DNA of 64,000 nucleotides from the human T2T-CHM13v2.0 reference genome, Homo sapiens, in the NCBI RefSeq assembly GCF_009914755.1, contig NC_060946.1. One strand, written 5' to 3'. Within the stretch, counting starts at the first letter, position 1, and every line of letters begins with the position of its first letter. Made by a program: the position numbers and the translations under genes. The notes under the pieces are model-generated. The model searched no databases. It had not been told where the DNA came from and saw nothing but the letters and a program-made list of their open reading frames with translations. Of the stretch, positions 1-15,881 are shown one piece after another.

Positions 1-890
1 GAATTGTCAGGTTCATTGAATAGGTAAAGTAAAATTATACTAGAATTAAACTATTACATCTATCAATTTTACTCAGAAAATATACAGCTAAGTATGACAT
101 TTGAATCAATTCACTCACCTATTCAATAAACATTTTTTAAGTGACTACAGTATGCTATGAGCTAGGAATATGGCAGTAAACAAATCTCACCTTGTCTCAA
201 ACTTCAGTGGATCCAGGAGTCTCTAGAAGTTTAATTCTTGCTCAATCAGCAATTATTTTTCACTGAAAACTTGACAAGAAGGTTTGAGAAGGCAAGAGTG
301 TGTGAACTTAGCAGATGTTTGTGATGTACATACTCTGTGCCAGCTGTAGTGTCGTAGGGTCTGCCTGTGTCTCCTAGGAAAGGTGAAAACTAAGGACAAT
401 ATTTTAAACAACAAATAATGCCAAGTGTGCCACGTGATGGAGAAGGAAAGCGCTGGGTCCCAAGAGTGTAACAGGCACTGAGCCTAGCGTGGGGTCCAGT
501 CCTCTCTGGCATGGTGCCCTCCTAGGTCGTATTTGTCCCTCCTTGTTGCTCCTGCTGTCTTCTTCAGTTACATCTGCTTCTCTGCATTTCCTCATTTTAC
601 AGTGTGTGGGATGCAGTCATCTCTGAACAGGAATAGGCAACTGTGCACCTGTTACACCGTGCTTGATGCTCTGCATTGATGTACACTGGGCCCAGGTTTG
701 CCTGGTGGACTGCTTGGGCCATTCTTGTCATCTGGCTCTGAAGCCTTTGTTCACAGAGGTGCACTTGCCAGATGGGGAAGCCAGAGATCTGGGGTCTTTT
801 GATGAGGCTACTCTCACCCTACTTATCTTCCCTGACATACCTAACAGATGAAGCTCAGGTGGCTGATGCGCCTCAGACCACAGTGTGGAC

Positions 891-1415
891 TGTTGTAACC
901 AAGCGAGTTATAGAGGAACGGCACACTTTGAGACAAATTAAGGAGTCCTTTATTAGCCGGCGACCGAGAGGCACCTAACGCTCAAAATTCTCTCAGCCCT
1001 GAGGAAGGGGCTGGTTTTGTTTTTATAACGTGGTCTAAATAGGGGAGGGGAGAGTTTGGCTGAAGCAATTTTTACTGAAGCAGAGCTGGCAAAAAGTTAA
1101 AAAATTAATTGGTTACAAAAGCAGTTGCCAAACAAAATAAACTGTTCCAGGTGCAGGGGCTTAAACTATCACAAAGAGAGAAATGCAGGGGTTTTGGGTG
1201 CCATTCACTGAGCACATACCTAGGAGCTGCTGGTGCAGCTTGCCTCAATATCTTATCAGTAAGTGATTCCTGGACGTGCTTTGAGTCAGTTTACACTATT
1301 TATGCCCTTAAGGGAGGGAGGTAAAGGGGGCTGCACGTGAAGAAACTAAAATGGAGTCTGTCCAGCTCTCTGCTAGGAGACAGTCACTCAGGTTAAAACA
1401 AGGTAGGGTATCACA
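891..1415 (-). mobile_element. Solo ERV1 LTR, LTR6 (HERVS71)-like
   Basis: Minus strand runs TGTGATACCCTACCTTGTTTTAACC...TTACAACA (TG..CA ends); 4-bp TSD GGAC at 887-890 and 1416-1419; family from recalled consensus. Confidence 0.8.
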
Positions 1416-1982
1416 GGACCATGTACAATTCTTCAAGCTCCAGCTTCAACTCTCTTTCTTATTGCTCTCTTAGGACAGTATATTTAGATGGGAGTAAATG
1501 AAAGTAATGTTATTAAGGGATAAGATTAAAATCAATCCCATTTGTAAAAAAGGAATTAGATTATTTGTGAACTGTAATACTTTTTATTAGTGAAGAATCA
1601 CCTTAAAACTTGAACCTGAATACAAGATAATTCCTTCATTCTGCAAATGTTTAGTAACAAACTCTATGCCAGGACTGTGCTGGGTACTAGGGACACGTAG
1701 TTGAATATATAGTATAAGATGCCTTGGAGTGTCAGGTAGTTTCACATAAATGGCTCATGCAGTATATAGACAGTGTGGTAAAAAGAGACTACTAAGATGC
1801 ACAGAGGACAGACAATAACGGGTCTTTGAATGGTGGATAAATGTGTTTGGACTTTTCACTCAGGGCTGTTGAAGTTTTTGAAGGTCAGTGGTCTCAGAGT
1901 TTTGGTGTTTTCAAGCCCTGCTAAATACTTTGTTTCTAGCTGATGATTGGCCACGATTACTGATCACCTATTGGCTCTGTCT

Positions 1983-2500
1983 GATTCAGCAATCCCACCA
2001 CTGAGTATTTATGCAAAGGAAAAGAAATCAATGTATGAGAAAGATAACTGTACTTATATATTTGTTGCAACACTATTCACAGTAGCACAGATATAAAATC
2101 AACCTAAATGTCCATCAACAAATAATTGGAGAAAGAAAATGTAGAAAGTATACAAAATGAAATACTATTGAGGCACAAAAAATAGAATCATAACTTTTGC
2201 AGACACATGGATGGAACTGGAGGCCATTGCTGTAAGTGAAGCAAGCCAGACACAGAGTAAACATCGTATTTTATCACTCATAAGCGGGGCTAAAAGATGT
2301 GTAGATATTGACGTAGGGAGTGGAATGATAATGGAGACTCAGCAGGGTGAGGGGATGGAAGGGGTGAACCGTGAGAAATTACTTAATGGGTACAATGTGC
2401 ATTATTCTGGTGATGGATACCTAAAAGCCCTGACTTCACCACTATGCCATCCATGCTTACAGCAAAATTGCACTTGTAACCCATAAATTTATTTACAAAA
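1983..2500 (+). mobile_element. Old L1 (L1MA/L1PB-type) 3' fragment
   Basis: L1 ORF2-end and 3'UTR motifs (cagcaatcccac, aacctaaatgtccatcaac, atggatggaactggaggcc), ending in an A-rich tail. Confidence 0.85.
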
Positions 2501-3309
2501 AGTCTTAGACCTCTCTCTCTTCTCTCATAAGACTCAGAGCTCAGTGATACCCTTGGATCTCCTCAGCCTGCTGAGTTTTGATTTTCCTACCTAAGGTGAT
2601 TTTGGGCAGAGACAAGGGAGTGTTTCAGGAAGATGTTCTCAGGCACATGCTTCTGCAGAAACATTGGAGGCTCTTCTAGTGGCCTTTATCTAGTCACTGC
2701 TGTAAGCAAGGAATAAAACATCTGTGGCTAAAATTTTAAAAACTGTGTTTCCCACCCACCCTTCAGACCTGACAGAAGAGATTTTAGGATTTTAAGGGAA
2801 CAGCTTTTTCCTGACCCAAAAGGGCACAGTAGTGCAAAGGCCAATGTCACGTAAGTACCTTTTCCCCATCTGTAAAATAACTTTCAGATACTATTCCCAC
2901 AGCTGGAATCAGTACAATGTTTTGACTGAGGTATTGGAAAAGCCTATGAGCTCATTATCATTTGAACGTATGAGTAATGTAAAATTTAGGCAGAATTTTA
3001 TTTGAAAGGATTATTCATGTAATTTTAAATTAACTGATTTATATTGCGGTTATTTCAAACAATAAAAATCAGGCTGTTATGTTGTGAGCTAGAAATATTT
3101 ACAATAACACATTGTCTTGATTATCTCACATGATGAATTGGAGACTAAAGCAAAATAATTTATCTTAGGGAATTCTGTGAGTTTTGTTTCACTTTGCTTA
3201 ATAATGACTTCAAACTGTTGTACATATATAGAGAACTCCTGACTAAAGAGAATTTTTTTCACTATTGTGCTATGTTTCTGTAACTTTTTAAGATCTAGAG
3301 GAACATACA

Positions 3310-3725
3310 TTTAGTCTCAGTTGGCCAACTAAATGTTATGGAGTCAGCTTCTGTGCTATGTGCTGAGCATTGAAGGAACAGTGGAGACAAGGCTGCTGCC
3401 CTCGCAGAGTCTGCAGAGAAAACCTGATGGAGTGTGGCAGGGAAAATGCTGGGAGCATCCCAGGATGACAAAAGCGCACACAGATGGAACACCTGCCTTA
3501 GAAGAGGGGAGGGTCAGACAAGGAAAGGTGTCAGGAAAAAACAAGAAAAGTTTAATCTGCAGGAATAGAAACACACTTGAGAAATCCATAGGGAATGAAA
3601 AGAGAATGGCTGAGCAGCAGCAGATTGTCAAGAAGAACATCAAGAAGGAGCAGCCTAAGAGGTTGATGGAGAACCAGGAGAAAGAAGGTGACACTGAAGC
3701 CAAGGGAAGGAAAGTGTTTCAACAT
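3310..3725. mobile_element. Degenerate L2 remnant
   Basis: L2-like phrases (ctgccctcgcagagtct, gagaaccaggagaaag...gaagccaagggaaggaaagtgtttcaa); explains ORFs 3333..3743 and 3356..3703. Confidence 0.55.
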
Positions 3726-6700
3726 TTCTGGGGAAAAAAATGACATGGTCTGTCTTAACCTTGCTGTTTTATGAGTCATATAGCCACATTCCAGGTTCTG
3801 AGAAGTCCAGCACTAAAGATGTTTCTTTTAGTTTGCTTAACCCAGCATTTGCCAGAATAATCTGGGCTCAGTGTGAGTGTGTGTGCGTGTGTGTGCCTGT
3901 GTGTTCCACTAATATCTCACTGGGGCTAATGCTGTATACAACATAATTTTTAAAACACTGGTTTTATCCATCTTATGTTCAGCTGCAGCAATACTTACAA
4001 AGGTAAACTTTGATCACGTGTCTTAGTTACTAAAGAAAACAAAACAAACTAATGAATAAAGCCCACCCGACAGTGGATCCTCACTACCTGTATGATGGAG
4101 CCCACCTGGCTTGGCCTGGGTGCCCTGTGCTGACCTGGCCTTGCTGCCCTCTGCCTGCTGCTTTGCCGCCCCTTTCCTCCTGAAGAAGGTAGAGATGCTC
4201 TGAGCTTTGGCCTGTCTGGAACATGTGTCCTTCTCCTAAAGTGGAGCATGTTTTCCTGAGTCCACTTTAATCTCTTTTAAGGGTATAGAACTTTCCTTAA
4301 AGCTTTTGGTCAGGTCTCACTCTCTATGCAGTCTTCCTGCCACTTCTGCAGTGTACGTACTTTACTGATACATTAATTATGCTATACCAGCCCAGGACTT
4401 TACTTATATATCATTTTATATCATCATCTTTTTTTCTTAGAGCTTAGTTCACTTATTTATTCGGTCTTTCCACAATATAATTGTATATCATATATTTTTA
4501 TATTTATTTTCATTGGTATTTATAAGTCTTTTCTGTAAAAATGGAGGCTTTCTAAATAGATCTTCATTAATGTTGAAAGAACAAGGTTTTAAGTCTTGGT
4601 CTCAGCCAAAATTAGTTCCCCACATATCCAGGAGGGAAAGAAACACTTGCATTGTTGCATTAGATATTCTTACAGAGAAAGAGAACCATGTGTAATGGAA
4701 AATTGCTAACTTTGCCTCAGGGAGACCAGGTTGATTCACTGAGAAAGTTTGAATTGGTTTAGAAAGCATAGTTCTGAGTTTTCTAGGAGAAGGAAAAAAG
4801 TTAGAGTAGGGCATAAGAAGTAATCCCCATATCAAAAAGTTAGAAAGATCTCAAATTAACAACTTAACATCACAACTGAAAGAATTAGAGAAGCAAGAAG
4901 AACTCAACCACAAATCTTATAGAAGATAAGAAATAACTAAAATCAGAGCTGAATTGAAAGAAATTGAGACAAGAAAAGCTGTTCAAAAGATCACTTAATC
5001 AAGGTTTTTTGAAAAAATTGGTAAGATAGATAGGCACTAGCTAGACTAATAAAGAAGAAAAGAGAGAAGATTCAAAGAAACACAATTAGAAATGATGAAG
5101 GGAATGTTACCACTGACCCCACAGAAATAAAAATAACAACAAGCAACTACTATGAACACCTCTGCACACACAAACTAGAAACCCTAGAAGAGATGAATAA
5201 ATTCCTGGACACCTACATCCTCTCAAGACTGAACCAGGAAGAAATTCAGTCTCTGAACAGACCAATTGTGAGCTCCAAAAATTGAATCCGTAATAAATAG
5301 CCTACCAACCTCCCAAAAAAGCCCAGGACCTGATAGACTAACAAATTTTAACAGATGTACAAAGAAGAGCCAGTACCAATCCTACTAAAACTATTTCAAG
5401 AAATAGAGGAGGAGGGACTCTTCCCCAATGTGTTCTACGAGGCCAACATCATCCTGATACTAAAGCCTGGCAGTGACACAACAAAAAAAGAAAGCTTCAG
5501 GCCAGTATCCTTGATGAGCATCCATTCAATAATCCACAACAAAATACTTGCAAACTGAATTTAGCAACACATCAAAAGGCTAATTCACCATAGTGAAGTA
5601 AGCTTCTTCCCTGGAATGGAAGTTTGGTCCATCATGGGCAAATCAATAAAATGTGATTCATAACATAAATAAAACTAAAGATAAGAACCATGTGATTGTC
5701 TCAACAGATGCAGAAAAGGCTTTCAGTAAAATTCAACAAAGCTTCATGTTAAAAATTCTCAATAAACGAGGTATCAAAGGAACATACCTCAAAATAATAA
5801 AGGCCACCTATGACAAAAATCACAGCCAACATTATACTAAATGGGCAAAATCTGGAAGCATTCTCCTTGAAACCCGCACAAGACAAGGATGCCCTCTCTC
5901 ACCACTCCTATTCAACATAGTATTAGAAGTCCTTTCCGGAGCAATCAGACAAGAGAAAGAAATAAAGGTATTTAAATAGAAAGAGAAGTCCAACTACCTC
6001 TGTTTGCAGACAATATAATTCTCTGTCTAAACCCTATAGTTGTGACCCGAAAGCTCCTTAAGCTGATAAACAACTTCCACAAAGTTTCAGGATACAAAAT
6101 CAATGTACAAAATTTGCTAGCATTCCTATACACCAAGAAGAGCCAAACTAACAGCCAAATCAGAGAGGCAATTTTAATCACAATTTCCACAAAAAGAATA
6201 AAATACGTACGAATACAGCTAACCAGGGAAGTGAAAAATCTCTACAGTGAAAATTATAAAACACTGCTCAAAGAAGTCAGAGAAGACACAAACAAATGAG
6301 AAATCATTCCATGTTAATGGAGAGAAAGAAGTAATATCATTTAAATGGTCATACTGCCCAAAGCTATTCCTATTAAACTACCACTGACATGCTTCACAGA
6401 AGTAGATAAAGCTATTTAAAAATTCATATAGAACCAAGAAAGAACCTAAGTAGCCAAGGCAATTCTAAAGCAAAAAGAACAAAGCTTGAGGCATTGCATT
6501 ACCCAACTTCAAACTATACTACAGCACTATAGTAAGCAAAACAGCATGGTATTACTACAAAAACAGACACATACACCAATGGAACAGAATAGAGAGCTTA
6601 GAAATAAGACCACATACCTACAACTATCTAATCTTTGTCAAAGCTGGCAAAAACAAGTAATGGGGAAAAATGCCCTATTCAATAAATGGTGCTGTGATAA

Positions 6701-7092
6701 CTGGCTAGCCATATGCAGAAGATTGATGTTGGACTGCTTCCTTATACCATACACAAAAATCAACTCAAGATGGATTAAATATTTAAATGTAAAACCCAAA
6801 ACTATAAAACCCCTGGAAGACAACATAGGCAATACCATCCTGGACATAGAAACAGGCAAAGATTTCATGATAAAGACACCAAAAACAACAAATGCAACTA
6901 TTGACAAGTGGGATCTAATTAAACTTAAAATCTTCTGCTCAGCAAAAGAAATTATCAATAGAGTGAACAGACAACCTATAGAATGAGAAAAAATATTTAC
7001 AAACTATGTATTTGACAAAGATCTGATATTCAATATAAGGAACTTAAATTTACAAGAGAAAAACAAACAACCCTATTAAAAAGTGGTCAAAG

Positions 7093-8687
7093 CATTGTCT
7101 ATTCATGTCCTTAGCCTACTTTTTGATGGGATTGTTTGTTTTCTTCTTGCTAATTTGTTTGAGCTCGTTGTAGATTCTGGATATTAGTTCTTTGTCAGAT
7201 ATACAGATTGTGAAGATTTTCTCCCATTCTGTGGATTTTCTGTTAACTCTTCTGACTGTTCCTTTTGCCGTGAAAAAGCTCTTTAGTTTAATTAAATCCC
7301 ACCTATTTATCTTTGTTTTTCTTGCATTTGCTGTTGGGTTCTTGGTCATGAAATCCTTGCTAAGCCAAAGTCTAGAAGGGTGTTTTTGATGTCATCTTCT
7401 AGAATTTTTATACTTTCAGGTCATAGATTTAAGTCCTTGATCCATCTTGAGTTGATTTTTGTATAAGGTGAGAGATAAAGATCCAGTTTCATTCTCCTAC
7501 TTGTGGCTTGCCAATTATCCCAGCACCATTTGTTGGGTAGGGTGTTCTTTCCCCACTTTGTTTTTGTTTGCTTTGTCAAAGGTCAGTTGGTTGTAAATAT
7601 TTGGGTTAATTTCTGGATTCTTCATTATGTTCTATTTGTCTATGTGCCTGTTTTTATACAAGAACCATGCTGTTTTGGTGACTATGGTCTTACGATATAG
7701 TTTGAAATCAGGTAGTGTGATGCCTTCTGATTTGTTCTTTTTGTTTAGTATTGCTTTGGCTATGTGGGCTCTTTTTTGGTTCCATATGAACTTTAGGATT
7801 GTTTTTTCTAGTTCTGTGAAGAATGATGATGGGTTTTTGATGGCAATTCCATTGAATTTGTAGATTGCTTTTGGCAGTATGGTCATAGACAATTCTCAGA
7901 AGATATACAAATGGCCAAAAAACATATGAAAATATGTTCAACATCACTAATGATCAGGGAAATGCAAATTACAACCACAATGTGATACCAACTTACTCTC
8001 TCAAGAATGGTCATAATAAAAAATAGATGTTGGTGTGAATGTAGTGAAAAGGGAACACTTCTACACTGCTGGTGGGAATGTAAACTAGTACAATCACTAT
8101 GGACAACAGTGTGGAGATTCCTTAAAGAACTAAAAGTAGAAGTACTATTTGACCCACCAATCCCACTACTGGCTATGTACCCAGAGGAAAAAAAACGTCA
8201 TCACACAAAAAAGATACCTGCACACATATAATTATAGCAGCACAATTTGCAATTGCAAAAATGTAGAACCAATCCAAATGCCCATCAATCAATGAGTGGA
8301 TGAAGAAACCATGGTATATATTCACAATGGAATACTACTCAGCCATAAAGAGGAAATGAATTAATGGCAGTTGCAGCAACCTGGATGTGATTGAAGATTA
8401 TTATTCTAAGTGAAGTAACTCAGGAATGGAAAACCAAACATCATATATTCTCACTTATAATTGGGAGCTAAGCTATAAGGATGCAAAAGCTTAAGAATGA
8501 CACAATAGACTTTGGGGACTCAGGGAGAAACAGGAGAAGGGTGTGAGTGATAAAAGGCTACAAACTGGGTTCAGTGTATACAGATGAGGTGATGGATGCA
8601 CCAAAATCTTACAAATCAATAAAGAACTTACTAATGTAACCAAATGCCACCTGTTGTCCTAAAACTTATGGAAATAAAAAAATGTTT
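7093..8687 (+). mobile_element. L1PB1-like element with 5' inversion (twin priming) nested in the older L1
   Basis: 7093-~7887 is antisense ORF2 and ~7888-8687 is the sense 3' end with A tail; TSD AAAAAGTGG(T/G)CAAAG at 7078-7092 and 8688-8702. Confidence 0.85.
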
Positions 8688-9148
8688 AAAAAGTGGGCAA
8701 AGGACATGAACCCTTTTCAAAAGAATACATACAAGTGACAAACAACCATAGAATACAAAGCTCAATATCACTGATCATTAGAGAAATGCAAATCCATGGC
8801 ACAGTGAGACACCATCCCACACTAGTCAGAATGGCTATTATAAAAAGTCAAAAAATAACAGATGCTGGCAAGGTTGTGGAGAAAGAGAACACATACACTG
8901 TTGGTGGGAGTGTACATTGGTCCCACCATTGTGGAAAGCACAACAGTGTTCTCCTCGAAAGATATAAAAGCAGAACTGTCACTTGACCCAGCAATTTCAT
9001 TACTGGGTATATACCCAGAGGTGTATAAATTGTTCTATCATAAAGACACAAGCACGTAAATGTTTATTGCAGCACTATTCACAATAGTAAAGACATGGAA
9101 TCAACCTAAATGCCCAATGACAGATTGGATACAGATAATATGGCACAT

Positions 9149-9514
9149 TGTGGAGGAAAATTTAAATATTAAATTTGAACTCTATTGAACAGGGACAGAA
9201 ACAATGGTCACTAAGTCCTGGAACGAGTTTTGTGAGCACCTTGAAGCATTCATCCAGTGCTGTTTCGGAAAAGTAGTTATTGAAAAACAACAGACAATGG
9301 CAAAAACAAGTTGACCTTTTTGTATTCCTTGAGCCGAGTCACGAAGAGCCCTCAGGACTGGGTCTGATGACAAACAACTTGTTACAAAAAGAGCTCGGTT
9401 CCCAGACCACGCCAAAGGTTCATGGGACCTCTCCTCGTCTGTGCATGGACTACTGGCCAACTCTGGAGCCCAGGCTGTTGCTTCCTGGTCTGGTGATGAA
9501 TCCTCCATTGTATA

Positions 9515-9562
<48 letters not shown>

Positions 9563-9986
9563 TATATATGTATATATACACATATATACGTATATACACA
9601 TATAGATATATGTACATATATACGCATATATATACACACATATATACACACATATATACACATACATACGTATATATACACATATAGATATATGTACATA
9701 TATACGCATATATACATATATACATATATATTACATATATACGCATATATACATATATACATATATATTACATATATACGCATATATACATATATATATA
9801 TTACATATATATATATACACACACATATATATACATTTTCCCTTCTCCCCTTCCCATTACAATTTGTTTATTGTATCATTTGCTTATTATATCTATATTG
9901 CCATATACTTGGAATAAAGTCTATTTACCCTTAAAAGTATTGTATGTTTCTTTTCTTCTTTCCTCACGCATTTCCCACATAGAACA
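9149..9986 (+). mobile_element. Solo LTR, PABL_A-like, nested in L1
   Basis: Starts TGTGGAGGAAAA, ends AGAACA; TSD CACAT at 9144-9148 and 9987-9991; L1 sequence resumes on both sides. Confidence 0.8.
9509..9835. repeat. Compound (TG)/(TA)/(CA) microsatellite expanded inside the LTR
   Basis: About 325 bp of TA/CA/TG dinucleotides with recurring tatatacgcatatatac sub-units. Confidence 0.95.
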
Positions 9987-10274
9987 CACATATGCACCAT
10001 GGAATACTATGCAGCTATGTGTTCTCACTTATAGGTGGGAGCTAAATAATGAGAACTTATGAACACAAGGAAGGAAGCAACAGACAACAGACAATGGGGT
10101 CTACATGAGGGGGGAAGGTGGGAGGAGGGAGAGGAACAGAAAAGATAACTATGGGGTATTGGGCTTAATACCTGGGTTATGAAATAATCTGTATAACAAG
10201 CCCCTGTGATAGGAGTTTGTCTGTGTAACAAACCTTCACATGTTCCCCCGAGCCTAAAATAAAAAAAAATTTTA

Positions 10275-12225
<1,951 letters not shown>

Positions 12226-12239
12226 ATTCTTGGGTGTGA

Positions 12240-15200
12240 GAGTAAAGCCAGATGGCAGAAAGAAGGCTCCACTGATTGTCCCTCCTGCAAGGACACCAGA
12301 TGAACAACTATTAATATCCACACAGAAAATACATTCATAAGAACGAAAGATCAGCTGAGTACTCAAAGTACCTGGTTTTAACCTCAGATCACTGAAAGAG
12401 GCACTGAAGAGACAGAAAAAACAGTCCTGAAATCACCGTTTCCTCATCCCCAGCAGTGATGGCATGGTGCAGAGATCAAGTCTGGGTTCTGCGGGAGGGA
12501 GAACAGAGCAATTGTGAGGCACTGCACTCAGTGCTGTCCTGTTAGAGCAGAAAGGAAAACTAGACCAAGTGCAGTTAATGCCTATCCACAGAGGGGTCAA
12601 TTAAACCAGCCCTAGCCAGAGGAGAATCAGATTCCAGTGGTTGGAACTTCAGTGTTTGGAAACCTGGCAACTAAGGGCTCCCGCACTCTGTATGTCTAAG
12701 AAAACTTGAAAGGCAGCCTAGGCTATCAGGACTGCAATTCTTAGGTGAGGTCTAGGGTTGAACGGGGCCCAGGGACAGTGGAGTGGGGTGGGGAGGGCGT
12801 GCAACATACTGAGACACCATCTGGGGCAGCCAAAGGAGTTCTGGCATTATCATTTCGCTAACACCAGACTGCACAGCTCATGGCTCCAAAAGGGACCCTA
12901 TGCTTCTGCTTGAGGAGAGGAGGGAAAAGAATAGGGAGTACTTTGTCTTTCATCCTGGACACCAGCTCAGCCACAGCAAGATAGTGCACTGGTCAGAATC
13001 CTGCAGCCTCCTTTCCAGTCTCTGGCTCCTAGACATTCCTAGACACACCCTGGGCCAGAAGGAAACCTGCTGCCTTGAAGAAAAGAATCATGTGCTGGCA
13101 GGATTTATTGCCTGCAAACTTGAAAACCTTTGGGCTCTGAATAACCAGCAGCCATACTCAGGTACTACATCAAGGGCCTTGGATGACCCTCATAGACTTG
13201 TTAGATTTAGGTGAACTCAGCACATTACCAGCTCTGCTGGCTAAAAGGCAAAACTCCTTCTTCTTGGGAAAAGTAGAGGGAAAATTAAAGTGGACTTTGT
13301 CTTGCCCCTTAGGTACCGGTAAGGCCAGAGGTGGGTAGAGCACCAAGCAAACTTTCGGAATCCCTGATTCTAGGACTTGATTCTTGGTTGGCATTTATGA
13401 AGCTGCTCAGGGCCAGTAGGGATCCCATTGTCCTGAAAACGCAAGTCCCAGGCCAGGCAGCATTCATCACAAGCTGACAAGAGGCTTTGGGCCTTAAGGG
13501 AACATTGGTGGTAGCCTGGCAGTACTCACTGTGGCCTGAGGTGGTGGTGGCTACCCTGCCTTTAGGAAAGGAAGGGAGGAATAGGAAGGACTATGTCTTG
13601 TGGTTTGAGTGCCAGATAAGCTGCAATGCAATAGAATGTCAAGTGGACTTCTAAAATTCTTGACTCTACTCCCTGACTTCTGAGTGGCACTTCTGGACCC
13701 AGCCAGGGACTGAGGGCACTCACTGCCCTAAAGGAAAGAACACAGGCCTGGCTGGCTTTGCAACCTGCTAATTATAGAGACCAAAAGCCTTGAGTGAACA
13801 TAAGCAGTCATCAGAAAGCTCATGCAGCAGGACTTGAGCAAGACCCGGTGCTGTGCTAGCTTCAGGTCTGATCCAGGGCAGTCATAGTAGTGGTGGCCTG
13901 GGGTGCTTGTGTCTTTCTTCTCCCAGCTTTAGGTGGCTTAGAACAGAGAGAAAGACTCTGTATCTTTGAGAGAAAATAACAGTAGAGAACAAGAGTCTCT
14001 GGCTAGTAATCCAGAAAATTCTCCTGGATCTTGTTGAAGGCTGTCAAGGTGGTACTTCTCTGAGTCTGGAAGAATTACAGCATTATTGGGTATAAGGTAC
14101 CCATAAAGCAGATATGGCTTAGATCACAACACCCAAGTCTTTTCAAATATGTGAAAAGTCTTCCCAAGAAAGACAGCTACAAATAAGCCCAGAGAGTGAA
14201 GACTACAATAAATACTCGCCTTTTCTCTTTTTTAATTTTATTTTTAAACCTCTCATATGGTGCTGCATGCCCAAGATTTTAATGTCCAGACACTGAAGAA
14301 CATCTACTAGCACCAACTCCATCCAGGAAAACATGACCTCACCAAGTGTACTAAATAAGGCACCGGGGACAAATCATGGAGAAAAAGAGATATGTGACCT
14401 TTCAGACAGAGAATTTAAAATAGCTGTATTTAAAAAAAAAACTGAAAGAACTTCAAGATAACAAAGTAAAGAAATTCCAAATTTTATCAGCTAAACTCAA
14501 CAAAGAGACCGAAATAGTTACAACAAATTAAGCAGAAATTCTGGAACTGAAAAATGCAATTGGCATGCTGAAGAATGCATTAGAGACATTTAATAGCAGA
14601 ATGGATCAAGCAGAAGAAATAGTGAGCTTGAAGACAGACTATTTGAAAATGCATAGTCAGAAGAGAAAAAGAAAAAGAATAAAAACAACAAATCAAGCCT
14701 ACAGGATCTAGAAAAATAGCCTCACAAAGACAGATCTAAGAGTTATTCGTTTTAAAGAAGATGTAGAGAAAGAGGCAGGGGTAGAAAAATTTATTCAAAG
14801 GGATAATAACAGAAAACTTTCCAAACCTAGAGAAAGATATCCATATCCAACTACAAAAATGTTATAGGACATTAAGCAGATTTAATCCAAAAAAGACTAC
14901 TTCAAAGCATTCAATAGATCTTCCAAAAATCAAAGATAAAGAAAAGTTCTAAAGGAAGAAAGAGAAAAGAAACAAGTAACATACCGGTGAGCTCCAACAC
15001 GTCTGGCAGCAGACTTTACAGTGGAAACCCTACTGGCAGGGAGAGAGAAGCAATAAATATTTAAGGTACTAAAGGAAAAAAACTTTTACCTTAGAATAGC
15101 ATATACAGTGAAAATGTTCTTCAAATAAAAAAAAAGAAATACTGACTTTTCCAGACAAACAAAAGCTGAAGTATTTTATGAATACCATGACTCTCCTAAA

Positions 15201-15470
15201 GGAATGCTAAAGAGAGTACTTCAATCAGGAAGAAAAGGACATTAATGAGCAATAAATGATCACCTAAAGGTAATAAAAATCCTCACTGCTAATAGGATAC
15301 AAAACAAAACAGAATATTATAATACTCTAGCTGTGGGGTGTGCAAACTACTCTTATTCAAAGTAGGAATACTAAATAATATCCAATCAAAAGTAATAACT
15401 ACAACAACATTTCAAGACATAGCACAATAAAATATAAATAGAAACAACAAAAAGTTAAAAAGTGAAGGGA
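12240..15470 (+). mobile_element. Old L1M 5'UTR plus ORF1 remnant, truncated at the 5S-unit junction
   Basis: ORF1-like sequence at about 14330-15250 (gaaattctggaactgaaaaatgcaat, ctggcagcagacttt, gacaaacaaaagctga) preceded by a long L1M-type 5'UTR. Confidence 0.8.
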
Positions 15471-15472
15471 TG

Positions 15473-15857
15473 AGCACACCCGTCCTGAGCCGGCCGATGT
15501 GGTGGAAGCTCGGAGCTCAGGAGCCGGGGACGCCCTGGAGCGTGGGCGGAAGGGAGGCAGCCCCGAGAGCCGGAAGCCTGGACAAGGGACGGAGGCCTCC
15601 GGCGCCCCCCAGCAACAGCAGGGCGGCGTCACATTGGTCCTGCGCGACGCCTGGCCGCCGGCGACGGCGGGACACTCTGGGAGGTCGGCAGAAAACGCAG
15701 CGCCGCGACTGGTGGTGTTTGGGCTGAGAGGGGGAGAGCAGCCTGGCCACGGGCAAGCAGCTGCGAGATGCCTGATCCCAGCCTCGCGGCCCCGGGTTGG
15801 TTATGACGCCTTGAATCAGGCGCGGGTAGCTAGACCGGGCTCTTGTCCACTGCCATT
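15473..15857 (+). repeat. Diverged 5S rDNA repeat-unit upstream spacer (CpG-rich)
   Basis: cacacccgtcc..ccggccgatgtggtggaagctcgg and gccccgggttgg resemble the recalled 5S unit flank; D-box remnant GGCTCTTG at 15838-15845 sits just before the 5S start. Confidence 0.7.
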
Positions 15858-15881
15858 GTCTACGGCCATACCACCCTGAAC
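15858..15881 (+). pseudogene. RNA5SP: Truncated 5S rRNA pseudogene (first 24 nt only)
   Basis: GTCTACGGCCATACCACCCTGAAC is the exact 5' end of human 5S rRNA; the internal control region (boxes A and C) is absent. Confidence 0.85.

Larger units (their letters stand above)
4831..10270 (+). mobile_element. 5'-truncated L1 (L1PA15/16-like), ORF2 remnant plus 3'UTR, hosting two nested insertions
   Basis: ORF fragments 5355, 5653 ([16 protein letters not shown]), 6042 and 6486 are L1 ORF2 RT region with stops and frameshifts; 3'UTR and A-tail at 10020-10270. Confidence 0.92.

Noticed and set aside
3333-3743. 136-aa charged ORF
   Set aside because: Lies in purine-rich L2-like sequence with no recognisable homology.
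9182-9934. Long Y/I/C/H-rich ORFs on both strands
   Set aside because: Translations of the TA/CA microsatellite.
15858-15881. Functional 5S rRNA gene
   Set aside because: Only 24 of about 120 nt; no internal Pol III promoter or terminator.
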